Source: Trueperaceae bacterium (GTDB lineage: Bacteria; Deinococcota; Deinococci; Deinococcales; Trueperaceae). From it: a stretch of 64,000 nucleotides of DNA. The position numbers were made by a program, and so were the translations under genes. Positions 29,953 through 41,331 of the stretch are shown here, piece after piece. The stretch covers positions 192,001 through 256,000 of the forward strand of contig JAXHNB010000002.1 in assembly GCA_034520945.1 (NCBI GenBank), given 5' to 3'. Numbering within the stretch: position 1 is the stretch's first letter; every line of letters begins with the position of its first letter. The notes under the pieces were generated by a model that saw only the letters and a program-made list of their open reading frames with translations, did no database searches and was not told where the DNA came from.

Positions 29953-32328
29953 CTACGGCTGCGCCAGGAGGTCGCCCCACGGAACCGGGCGGTGCAGGGC
30001 ATACCCCTGAAGGTAGTCCACGCCGATGTCGTGCAGCTGGGTCCGGACCTGCTCGCGTTCGACGAACTCGGCCACGGTCCGCTTGCCGAGGGCGGCGGCA
30101 AGGTCGTGCACCGAACGCACCAGCGTCTCGTCCAGGGGGTTGCGGTCCATGTCCCGCACCAACAGGCCGTCGAGCTTCACCAGGTCCACCGACGCCGTCT
30201 TGAGGTAGGCGAACGAGGACAGGTCGCTCCCGAAGTCGTCCAGGGCCACACGCACCCCACGCGCCCGCAACGACGTCAGGAACCGCTCGGCGTCCGGCAG
30301 GCTGGTCATGGCGGCCGTCTCCGTGATCTCGATGCACAGGCGAGCGGGCGGAAACCCCGTCGCGTCGAGCACGCCGAGAAGCTGCTCGGCGAACGCCGGA
30401 TCGGAGACGGAGCGCGGGGATACGTTCACGTGGACGGCGCTGAGCGCCTGCACGTGCGCCGGGTGGCGCACCAGCGTCTCCAGGGCGGTGCGCACCACCC
30501 ACCGGTCGATGTCACCGGCCATGCCGTAGCGTTCGGCGGCCGGGAGGAACGCCCCCGCCACGTGAAGGCGTCCGTCCACGTCGCGCAGTCGGACCAGCAG
30601 CTCGTAGCGCAGCTCGTCGGGATCGGCGCGTGCCACGATGCGCTGGGCGTACAGCTCCAGGCGGTCGTCCGCCAACGCGTCGCGCATCCGATCGACCCAC
30701 GCCATCTCGCCCTGCCGGGCGGCCTGCGCCTCGTCGCTCTCGGCGTAGGCGTGCACGCGGTCCCGGCCGCGATCCTTGGCGATGTAGCACGCGACGTCGG
30801 CCCGCCGGAGGATGGCGCCGGCATCCTCATCGTCCCCGTCGATCGACACGACCCCGATGCTGCAGGAAGTTCGGAAGCGCCGGCCCTCGAACGGGACCTC
30901 CGTCGCGGCGATGCGCGCACGCAACGCCTCGGCCACCTCGACGGCCGTGTCCAGGGGCGTGCGGTCCAGCAGGATCGCGAACTCGTCGCCGCCCAGACGA
31001 CCGACGGTGTCGGTGGCGCGCACGTGGCTGGTGATCTCGTGCGCGAGGTGCGTCAGCAGCGCGTCGCCGGCGGCGTGCCCGGCGGTGTCGTTCACGACCT
31101 TGAACTGATCGAGGTCCAGGTAGCACAGCGCGTGCGTGACCCCGCGCCGCTGAGCGGAGGTGTGCGCCTGCTCGGTGCGTCGCTCGAACTCGTAGCGGTT
31201 CACCAGACCGGTGAGCATGTCGTGGCGGGCCTGGTGGCTCAGCTCCTCGGTCAAGCGCTTGGCTTCCGATACGTCGTCGAAGGTCGCGAACAGCTCGCGG
31301 GCCTGCCGGCGGCCGAGATCGACCTGGGACAGCGTGCTGCGGACCCAGATCTGCCGGCCGTCGCCCCGGACCAGCCGGTATTCGAACGTCGTTCCCTCCC
31401 CGGGCTGTAGGAACGCGCTCACCTCGCCCGCGCGGGGGCGGCGCTCAGGGCCGATCAGCTCCAACAGCGTCGTCTCCAGGAGCTGCGCCCGCGTCCGCCC
31501 CGCGAGGTCGCACAGGGCGTCGTTCACGTCCACGAGCCGGCCGAGGCCGTCCACGCGGGCCATTCCGACGCCCGCTTGCTCGAAGGTGCGGCGCACGGAC
31601 CGATCGTTCGCGCGGATGCGCCGCACGCTCCAGGCCACCAGCAGGCCGGCGATCAGCGCCAACACCAGGAACGAGCCCACGGTGATCACGAAAAGCGCGC
31701 GGTTCAACCAGCGCACGCCTTCGGCGAGCAGGCGCGTGAGCGCCCGCTCGAGGGGCCGGATCCGGAACGAGATCTCTTCGATCTCGGCCCGGAGCTGCGC
31801 GATGCGTGGCTGCGTGGGCGTGGCGGGCCCCTCGTGGAGGCGCTGCAGCTCGTCCGCGACCTGCTCGAGGGCCAGGACGTGTCGGTCCGCCTCGCGCCAC
31901 ACGCGGACCGCATCGCCGAACGGGGCCACGTCCGAGAACACCAGGTAGAACCAGATCATCCGGGGGACGTCTTCGGGGGCGTTGCGCCCGTCCAGGAAGC
32001 CCTCACGGGCCGCGGCGCGGTCGGGGGGATCCTCTTCGAGGGCCAGGCGTGCCTGCCGGTCGCCCAGGGGCACGGCGAGGGCGCTGCGGGCGCGGGTCAA
32101 CTGGTCCCGGTCGCCCGACAGGGCGTAGGTGTCGAGGGCCTGGACGGCTTCGGCCCGGCCTTTCGACCACTGGCTTTCGGCCGTCACGTAGTTCGTGGCC
32201 GCCAACTGCAGGTTGAGCGCCACGGCCGTCACGGCGATCGACCCCCCGGTCACGACCGCCAAGGCGATCAGCCCCAACCGCGGGAGCCGGGCACGGCGCG
32301 TCGGCGACGACAACAACGCGCGTCTCAT
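29953..32328 (-). CDS. membrane-anchored PAS-GGDEF-EAL protein
   Basis: Two TM segments around an extracytoplasmic helical domain, PAS, DLDQFK...RLGGDEF, YELLVRL, DDFGS, EFVE, QGY. Confidence 0.9.
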   Translation of the reverse strand: MRRALLSSPTRRARLPRLGLIALAVVTGGSIAVTAVALNLQLAATNYVTAESQWSKGRAEAVQALDTYALSGDRDQLTRARSALAVPLGDRQARLALEEDPPDRAAAREGFLDGRNAPEDVPRMIWFYLVFSDVAPFGDAVRVWREADRHVLALEQVADELQRLHEGPATPTQPRIAQLRAEIEEISFRIRPLERALTRLLAEGVRWLNRALFVITVGSFLVLALIAGLLVAWSVRRIRANDRSVRRTFEQAGVGMARVDGLGRLVDVNDALCDLAGRTRAQLLETTLLELIGPERRPRAGEVSAFLQPGEGTTFEYRLVRGDGRQIWVRSTLSQVDLGRRQARELFATFDDVSEAKRLTEELSHQARHDMLTGLVNRYEFERRTEQAHTSAQRRGVTHALCYLDLDQFKVVNDTAGHAAGDALLTHLAHEITSHVRATDTVGRLGGDEFAILLDRTPLDTAVEVAEALRARIAATEVPFEGRRFRTSCSIGVVSIDGDDEDAGAILRRADVACYIAKDRGRDRVHAYAESDEAQAARQGEMAWVDRMRDALADDRLELYAQRIVARADPDELRYELLVRLRDVDGRLHVAGAFLPAAERYGMAGDIDRWVVRTALETLVRHPAHVQALSAVHVNVSPRSVSDPAFAEQLLGVLDATGFPPARLCIEITETAAMTSLPDAERFLTSLRARGVRVALDDFGSDLSSFAYLKTASVDLVKLDGLLVRDMDRNPLDETLVRSVHDLAAALGKRTVAEFVEREQVRTQLHDIGVDYLQGYALHRPVPWGDLLAQP

Positions 32329-32452
32329 CGCGCCGTTCTCACACTAGGTGTGCGCGGATCAAACATCGCCCCCCAAGGTGAACGCAGGATGGGACGGGTC
32401 GACGGGCGTGGCCCGATGATACGAGACTGGCGCCTGAGGGGCCGTGCGCGTT

Positions 32453-33514
32453 TCAGAACAGCCGGGGCTGCTCCACCCGGCCGGGCACCCGGAACGCCGC
32501 GGTGGACAGGGACGGCGGGCGATCCAGCCCGTGCTTGCGGCGTGAGAGGTCGAACAGCTGCCGCAGTTGCTCCGCGTACGTCCCGGCGCCCCGCATGCGC
32601 GCCCCGAACGTGGCGTCGTTCAGCGCGCCGCCGCGGACCTCGCGAATCCGCGCCAACACCCGGCGCGCACGGGCCGGGTCGCGCGTCTGGAGCCAGGCGG
32701 TGAACACCTCCGCGACGGCGCGGGGAAGCCGCAGCATCTGCATGCCGGCGAACGATGCGCCCGCCTCCGCCGCCGCCTCCAGGATGGCGGGCAGTTCCGC
32801 GTCGGTCAGGCCGGGCACCACCGGCGCGACGTTCACGCCGACCGGTACGCCCGCGTCGGCCAAGGCCCGCACCGCCGCCAGGCGCCGGGCCGCGCTGCTG
32901 GTGCGCGGTTCCATCGAGGCGCGCAGTTCCTCGTCCAGGGTGGTGACGCTCAGCGTGACCGAGACGGCCTCAAAGCGCGCCAACCCTGCCAGCAGGTCCA
33001 GGTCGCGCGTCACCAGGTGGTTCTTGGTGATCACCGACACCGGGTGCCGGAACGCCGTCAGCACCTCGAGGCAGGCGCGCGTGATCCGCTCGCGGCGCTC
33101 CAGCGGCTGGTAGGGATCGGTCACGCCGGACAGGGCGACCGGGGTCGGCGTCCAGCCGGGCGCCGCCAGTGCGCGTTCCAACAGGCGGGCGGCGTCGCGT
33201 TTCACGAACAGCTGCCGTTCGAAGTCCAGGCCGGCCGACAGCCCCAGGTACTCGTGGGTGGGGCGTGCGTAGCAGTAGCTGCAGCCGTGCTCGCAGCCGC
33301 GATACGGGTTCAGGCTCACCTCGAACCCGACGTCGGGACTGTCGTTGCGGCTCAGAACGCTGCGCGACGCGTCTTCGCGCACCTGCGTGGCGGGCCGCAG
33401 GTCGTCCGGCTCCATGGCGTCCGGGTCCGGACGGGATTGCCGCCCGTCGAACCGGTTGGGCGGGTCGTGCGCCGCCCCTCGGCCCTTGGGTCGCGGCCGC
33501 TTCGTCACGGGCAT
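32453..33514 (-). CDS. PA0069/Rv2578c family radical SAM protein (spore photoproduct lyase-like)
   Basis: NPYRGCEHGCSYCYARPTH (CxxxCxxC), TDPYQPLE, ITK, MEPR; directly downstream of uvrB. Confidence 0.9.
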   Translation of the reverse strand: MPVTKRPRPKGRGAAHDPPNRFDGRQSRPDPDAMEPDDLRPATQVREDASRSVLSRNDSPDVGFEVSLNPYRGCEHGCSYCYARPTHEYLGLSAGLDFERQLFVKRDAARLLERALAAPGWTPTPVALSGVTDPYQPLERRERITRACLEVLTAFRHPVSVITKNHLVTRDLDLLAGLARFEAVSVTLSVTTLDEELRASMEPRTSSAARRLAAVRALADAGVPVGVNVAPVVPGLTDAELPAILEAAAEAGASFAGMQMLRLPRAVAEVFTAWLQTRDPARARRVLARIREVRGGALNDATFGARMRGAGTYAEQLRQLFDLSRRKHGLDRPPSLSTAAFRVPGRVEQPRLF

Positions 33515-33518
33515 GCCC

Positions 33519-35564
<2,046 letters not shown>

Positions 35565-35792
35565 TCCCCCAGCCTACGCCCGGCGTCGAGGATGCGGCGT
35601 CACGTGCCGTGCCATCGACGGCAGTGGACGGCGCCGTGCTACACGGCTGCGCGCCGGCCGGACGCGAGGGGCCGTGCTACCGTGCACCACGATGAACGAT
35701 GCCCGCGCTCGCCGTGCCCGTGCGCCCCGTCGCGCCGTGCGTTGCCCCGCTCCCCTCCGGCCGCGGTCGGCGGTCCTACGCCGAGGCCCGGC

Positions 35793-38495
35793 GTGAAGAC
35801 CTTCTACCTCGTCGACGGGCACGCGCAGATCTTCCGCGCCTACTACGCCCCCTTCCGTGAACTCACCACGCCGGACGGCCGCAACGTCAAGGCCGCCTAC
35901 GTGTTCACGCAGTTGATCGTGAGCCTGCTGGCGCGCCAACCCGACTACTTCGCGGTCGCGTTCGACGTCAGCGACGAGACGACCTTCCGCAAGGCGTCGT
36001 TCGAGGCGTACAAGGACCAGCGGGACAAGGCGCCGGAGGACCTCGGCCCGCAGATGGCGATGGTGCGCGAGATCCTGGACCGCTTGGGGGTGGCCACCTA
36101 CGAGCAGCCCGGCTACGAAGCCGACGACGTGATCGCCACCATCGCCCGCCGGCTGCCGGCCGACGTCGAGCTCCGCATCGTCAGCAAGGACAAGGACCTG
36201 CACCAGATCCTGAACGACCGCGTGGCGCTGTACGACCCCAAGGAGGACGAGGTCCTCCGCGCCGCCGACCTGCCCGGGCGCTTCGGCTACACCGCCGAGC
36301 AGGCGGTCGAGGTGCAGACCCTCACCGGCGACGCGATCGACAACGTGCCCGGCGTGGAGGGGATCGGCACCAAGACCGCCGCCAAGCTGATCGCCACCTA
36401 CGGCAGCGCGGACGAGGTCCTCGCCCACGCCGACGAGCAGAGCCCCAAGCGGCGCGAGAACCTGCTGGCGGCCGCCGAGCTGATCCCCATCACGCGGGAC
36501 CTGGTCACGCTGCACGACGACCTCGACCTATCCTTCGAGCTGAAGGCGTGCCGCACGCCCACCCCCCGCCGCGCCGACGTGCGTGACGTCCTGGAGCCGC
36601 TGGGCTTTCGGTCGTTGCTGGAGCAGCTGCCCGGCGACGGGGACGAAGGCGCCGAGTCCGAGGCGCCGAAGGGGCACCGCGACGATGCCGCCTACCTCAC
36701 CATCACCCGCGAGGACGCCCTGGCCGAACTTACCGCCCGACTGCGCGAGGCGGAGGCGGTGGCGATCGACACCGAGACCACCAGCCTGCGGGCCTGCGAC
36801 GCGGAGCTGCTGGGCGTATCGCTGGCGTTGCGGAGCGGCGAGGCGTACTACCTCCCCGTCCGCGCCGACGGCGAGGAGGTGCTGGGGCAGGACGTCGTGC
36901 TGAGGGCCCTCGCGCCGGTGCTGGAGAGCGACGCCACGATCAAGGTCGGCCAGAACCTGAAGTACGACCTGCAGGTGTTGTGGAACGCCGGCGCGCGCGT
37001 GCACGGACCGATCTTCGACACCATGATCGCCGCGGCGCTGCTCCATCCCGAACGGCGCGGCAACGGCCTCGACGCGCTCGCGAAGGACCTGCTGGGCCTC
37101 GAGCTGATCCCCACCGAACAGCTGATCGGCAAGGGCAAGAACCAGACCCCCATGCTCGAGGTGCCGCTTTCGCAGCTGGCCGAGTACGCCGCCGAGGACG
37201 CCGACGCCACCTGGCGCCTGTACGAGCTGCTCGCCGGCGAGCTGAACCAAGCACCCGACACGCTTCGCGCCCTGACGCGCGACCTCGAGTTCCCGCTGGT
37301 CCGCGTGCTGGCCCGCATGGAGGCGCACGGCGTGCGGCTGGACCTGGATCTGCTGCGAGAGACCGCGCAGCGGCTGGAGCGGCGCCTCGAGGATTTGCGG
37401 GGCGAGATCCAGGAGGCGGCGGGGCGCACCTTCAACCCCGACAGCCCCGCCCAGCTGGGCGAGGTCCTGTTCGACCACCTCGGCATGCGGGTGGTCAAGC
37501 GCACCAAGACCAGCCGCAGCACCGACGCCAGCGTCCTGGAGACGCTGGCCGCCGAGACCGACCATCCGCTCCCCGCCCTGGTGCTGGAATACCGCGAGCT
37601 CGCCAAGCTGCTCGGCACCTACCTGGAGCCCCTGCCCAGCTACGTCTCCGACCGCGACGACCGCCTCCACGCCAGCTTCCATCAGATCGGCGCGGCCACG
37701 GGACGCCTGTCCAGCTCCGATCCGAACATTCAGAACATTCCCGTCCGCACCGAGACGGGCCGCTCCATCCGGCGCGCCTTCACCGCCTCGGCCGCCGACC
37801 GGGTGCTGCTCACCGCCGACTACAGCCAGGTGGAGTTGCGCATGCTGGCGCACCTCAGCCGCGACCCGGAAATGCGCCGCGCCTTCGCAGACGGCCTCGA
37901 CATTCACGCCTTCGTGGCCAGCCAGATCTTCGGCCTGCCGCTGGAGGAGGTCGGCGCCGAGCAGCGACGCGTCGCCAAGACGGTGAACTTCGGCATCGTG
38001 TACGGCCAGACCGCGTTCGGGCTGTCCCGCACCTTGCGCATCCCGCAGGGCGACGCCGCGACGTTCATCGAGGCGTACAAGGAACGCTACGCCGGCATCG
38101 AGAAATTCCTGCAAGACTGCATCGCCTTCGCCGAGGAGCACGGCTACGTCGAGACCTTGCTGGGCCGGCGCCGGCCGGTGCCGGAGGTGCGCAGCCGCAA
38201 CCGCAATCAACGCATGCTGGGCGAGCGTCTCGCCATCAACACCGTGGTGCAGGGCAGCGCCGCCGACCTGATCAAGTTGGCGATGCTGCGCCTGGACGCC
38301 CGCCTGGACGAGGAGGCGCTGGACGCCCACCTGATCATCCAGGTGCACGACGAGCTGGTGTTCGACGTGCACCAGGGCGCGGCCGAGCGGACGCGCGACG
38401 TGGTGCGCGAGGAGATGACCGGCGCGATGACGCTGGACGTGCCGCTGGTCGTCGACGCCGGCACCGGCCCGAACTGGATGGAAAGCAAGGACTGA
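35793..38495 (+). CDS. polA: DNA polymerase I with 5'-3' exonuclease, intact 3'-5' exonuclease and polymerase domains
   Basis: LVDGH, EADDV, DKD, DNVPGV; DTETT, NLKYD, YAAED; TGRLSS, DYSQVELR, KTVNFGIVYG, QVHDEL. Confidence 0.96.
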   Translation: MKTFYLVDGHAQIFRAYYAPFRELTTPDGRNVKAAYVFTQLIVSLLARQPDYFAVAFDVSDETTFRKASFEAYKDQRDKAPEDLGPQMAMVREILDRLGVATYEQPGYEADDVIATIARRLPADVELRIVSKDKDLHQILNDRVALYDPKEDEVLRAADLPGRFGYTAEQAVEVQTLTGDAIDNVPGVEGIGTKTAAKLIATYGSADEVLAHADEQSPKRRENLLAAAELIPITRDLVTLHDDLDLSFELKACRTPTPRRADVRDVLEPLGFRSLLEQLPGDGDEGAESEAPKGHRDDAAYLTITREDALAELTARLREAEAVAIDTETTSLRACDAELLGVSLALRSGEAYYLPVRADGEEVLGQDVVLRALAPVLESDATIKVGQNLKYDLQVLWNAGARVHGPIFDTMIAAALLHPERRGNGLDALAKDLLGLELIPTEQLIGKGKNQTPMLEVPLSQLAEYAAEDADATWRLYELLAGELNQAPDTLRALTRDLEFPLVRVLARMEAHGVRLDLDLLRETAQRLERRLEDLRGEIQEAAGRTFNPDSPAQLGEVLFDHLGMRVVKRTKTSRSTDASVLETLAAETDHPLPALVLEYRELAKLLGTYLEPLPSYVSDRDDRLHASFHQIGAATGRLSSSDPNIQNIPVRTETGRSIRRAFTASAADRVLLTADYSQVELRMLAHLSRDPEMRRAFADGLDIHAFVASQIFGLPLEEVGAEQRRVAKTVNFGIVYGQTAFGLSRTLRIPQGDAATFIEAYKERYAGIEKFLQDCIAFAEEHGYVETLLGRRRPVPEVRSRNRNQRMLGERLAINTVVQGSAADLIKLAMLRLDARLDEEALDAHLIIQVHDELVFDVHQGAAERTRDVVREEMTGAMTLDVPLVVDAGTGPNWMESKD

Positions 38496-38538
38496 CCCCG
38501 GCGCCAAGGAGTGCCCAGGAGGGGAGGGGAGGCCCGCC

Positions 38539-39294
38539 ATGTGCGGACGCTACGGACTGTTCCACGACGGCCCCGAGATCGCCGACCTGTTCGGCGCCGA
38601 CATCGCGCGGCTGGACCCGCCGCTGACGCCGCGCTACAACATCGCCCCTACCCAGCTCGCCCCGGTCCTGCTGCCTCAGGACCCGCACGGACGGGGCGAG
38701 GTCGAACGGGACGAGCAGGGGCCGGGCGAGAACGCGCACCGTGACGCGGGTCGCGCGTTCGTCAGCGCCCGCTGGGGCCTGATTCCGCACTGGGTGAAGG
38801 ACCCCGCCACCTTCCGCGCGACGCTGGTCAACGCCCGCGCCGAGAGCGCCCACCAGAAGCCCTCCTTCCGGGACGCCCTGAAGCGCGACCGCTGCGTGGT
38901 GCCGGCCAGCGGCTTCTACGAGTGGCGTGCGCCCGAGGATGGCGGTCGCAAGCAGCCCTACCTGATCCGCCGCCGCGACGGCGCCCCCATGGCGCTGGCG
39001 GGCCTGCACGCCCGCAACGACGCGGCCGCGCCGCACGACAGCTTCACGATCCTGACGACCCGCCCCAATGCGCTGATGGCCCGCCTGCACGACCGGCAGC
39101 CCGTGATCCTGCCGTTGGAGGCGATCCCCGCCTGGTTCGACCCCGCCCGCCGCGACGCCGCCTCCCTGTCCGACCTGCTGGAACCGTGCGACCCAGAGGC
39201 GTTCGAGGCCGTCCCGATCGGCACCGCGATCAACGCCCCCGCGCGCGACGGCCCCGAGGTGATCGCGCCGGCCGGCGAGGCGTTGCGGGTCTAG
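38539..39294 (+). CDS. SOS response-associated peptidase (SRAP/YedK/HMCES family abasic-site protein)
   Basis: N-terminal MCGRY (Cys2), RYNIAPTQ, WGLIP, NARAE, GFYEW, HDRQPVIL. Confidence 0.93.
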   Translation: MCGRYGLFHDGPEIADLFGADIARLDPPLTPRYNIAPTQLAPVLLPQDPHGRGEVERDEQGPGENAHRDAGRAFVSARWGLIPHWVKDPATFRATLVNARAESAHQKPSFRDALKRDRCVVPASGFYEWRAPEDGGRKQPYLIRRRDGAPMALAGLHARNDAAAPHDSFTILTTRPNALMARLHDRQPVILPLEAIPAWFDPARRDAASLSDLLEPCDPEAFEAVPIGTAINAPARDGPEVIAPAGEALRV

Positions 39295-39447
39295 GGCGCA
39301 GGACCGGCAGGGCGCGGAACGCGCGGCTCCGTTCGTGCTTCACGGCGGGCGTCACGCCGCCGCGGCGCGCCTCCGCCTCGAGCGACGCCGAGCCGCGGCG
39401 TGCCCCAGGGCGCCCCGACGCCGCGCCGAAGCGGCGACAATGACGGC

Positions 39448-41331
39448 GTGCCGCTGACCCGCGACGACCTGCCGGTCCTGCCCCGAAAGCCCGGCTGCTA
39501 CCTGTTCCAGGCCGAGGACGGGCCGGTCTACATCGGCAAGGCGAAGGACCTGCGCGCCCGCGTCGCCAGCCACTTCGGGGCGCCCAGCGGGTCGAAGAGC
39601 CGCTTCGTCACGCGACTGGCCGACCGGTTCGAGTTCATCGTCACCGACACCGAGACCGAGGCGCTGGTCCTCGAGGCCGACCTGATCAAGCGGCACAAGC
39701 CGCGCTTCAACGTCCAGCTCAAGGACGACAAGAGCTACCCGTTCCTGAAGCTCACCGACGAGCCGTACCCGCGGCTGCTGTTCACCCGGGCGCACCGCGA
39801 CGACGGCGGCACCTACTTCGGCCCCTACCCCTCTGCCGGCACCGTCAAGCAGGTCCTGGACCTGGTGAACAAGACGTTCCAGCTGCGCGTCAACAGCGGC
39901 ACGCCGATGCGGCCCCGCACCAAGCCGTGCCTGCGGTTCCACATGGGGCACTGCCTGGCGCCGTGCGTGGGGAACGTGACGCCGGAGGCGTACGCACGCC
40001 GGGTCGAGCAGGCGCGCGCCTTCCTGCAGGGCCGGGTGGCGGAGGTGCTGGGGCAGCTAGAGGCCGAGATGCGCGAGGCGGCGGACCGCTTCGAGTTCGA
40101 GCGCGCCGCGAAGGTCCGCGACCGCATGGAGGCGGTCCGCCGCGTGACCGGCTACGACAGCGAGGTCGCCCGTCAGCCCGGCCTCGACCTCGACTTTCTC
40201 GGCTTCGCGGTGGCGGGCAGCTACGCCATGGTGCAGATGTTCCAGATGCGGCGCGGTCGCGTGACGGGCCGGGACACGCGCTTCCTCCGCAACGCCAAGG
40301 ACGCCGGCGAGGACGAGATCCTCGAGCGGTTCATGGCGGACTACTACCGGCAGGCGACCTACGTGCCGCCGTTGGTGCTGGTGCCCAGCGACGCGCTGGA
40401 CCGGGACACCTGGGAGGCGTTCCTGTCCGAACGGGCCGGCCGCCGGGTCGAGCTGCGCCGCCCCCGCCGCGGCGACAAGGTCGACCTGGTCGACATGGCC
40501 AACCGCAACGCCCGCACCGGCGTGGACGCCGAGCTGGCACGGTTGGAGCGCCGCGGGGACGCGCCCGGCGTCGGCGAGCTGCAGGAGCTGCTCGGCCTGG
40601 ACGAACCGCCGTGGCGGATCGAAGGCTATGACGTCAGCAACCTGATGGGTTCGCACACGGTCGCCTCGATCGTGGTGTTCGAGGGGGGCCGGCCGCGCAA
40701 GAGCGCCTACCGCAAGATGCGGATCCGCGACCTGGACAAGCCGGACGACTTCCTGGCCATGCACCAGGTGCTCACGCGGCGCTTCACCGGCCGCCTGGCC
40801 GAGTCGATGACCGTGCCGGACCTGGTCCTGATCGACGGCGGCAAGGGCCAGGTCTCCGCGGCACGCCGCGCCCTGGAGGAGGTCGGCGTGCGGGTGCCGG
40901 TGGTCGGCCTGGCCAAGCGCGAGGAGACGCTGGTGACGAGCGAGGGACGCGAACTGCTGGTGCCGCTGACGCATCCCGCCCTGCGGCTGCTGGCGTTCGC
41001 GCGCGACGAGGCGCACCGCGTGGCGGTCGGCTACAACCGCAATCGTCGCGGCCGCGCCGGCACGAGGAGCGTGCTGGACGAGGTGCCCGGCATCGGACCG
41101 AAGCGCCGCGATGCCTTGCTGGCGCACTTCTCCAGCGTGGACCAGCTGCGGGCGGCGGGCGAGCCGGAACTGGCCGCCGTGCCGGGCGTCGGTCCGGCCG
41201 CCGCCGCCGCCGTGCGGGCGTACTTCGCGCGGCAGGACGCGACGGCCGCGGGCGAGCCGGGCGAACCCCCCGACCGACCGCACGGCGAGGCCAGCGACGA
41301 GCCCGCCGACGACGCCTCGGTACCGTCGTGA
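39448..41331 (+). CDS. uvrC: excinuclease ABC subunit C
   Basis: GIY-YIG (PGCY...YIGKAKDL), DDKSYP, YFGPY, UVR, IEGYDVSN, IDGGKGQ, RDEAHR, PGIGPKR. Confidence 0.95.
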   Translation: MPLTRDDLPVLPRKPGCYLFQAEDGPVYIGKAKDLRARVASHFGAPSGSKSRFVTRLADRFEFIVTDTETEALVLEADLIKRHKPRFNVQLKDDKSYPFLKLTDEPYPRLLFTRAHRDDGGTYFGPYPSAGTVKQVLDLVNKTFQLRVNSGTPMRPRTKPCLRFHMGHCLAPCVGNVTPEAYARRVEQARAFLQGRVAEVLGQLEAEMREAADRFEFERAAKVRDRMEAVRRVTGYDSEVARQPGLDLDFLGFAVAGSYAMVQMFQMRRGRVTGRDTRFLRNAKDAGEDEILERFMADYYRQATYVPPLVLVPSDALDRDTWEAFLSERAGRRVELRRPRRGDKVDLVDMANRNARTGVDAELARLERRGDAPGVGELQELLGLDEPPWRIEGYDVSNLMGSHTVASIVVFEGGRPRKSAYRKMRIRDLDKPDDFLAMHQVLTRRFTGRLAESMTVPDLVLIDGGKGQVSAARRALEEVGVRVPVVGLAKREETLVTSEGRELLVPLTHPALRLLAFARDEAHRVAVGYNRNRRGRAGTRSVLDEVPGIGPKRRDALLAHFSSVDQLRAAGEPELAAVPGVGPAAAAAVRAYFARQDATAAGEPGEPPDRPHGEASDEPADDASVPS

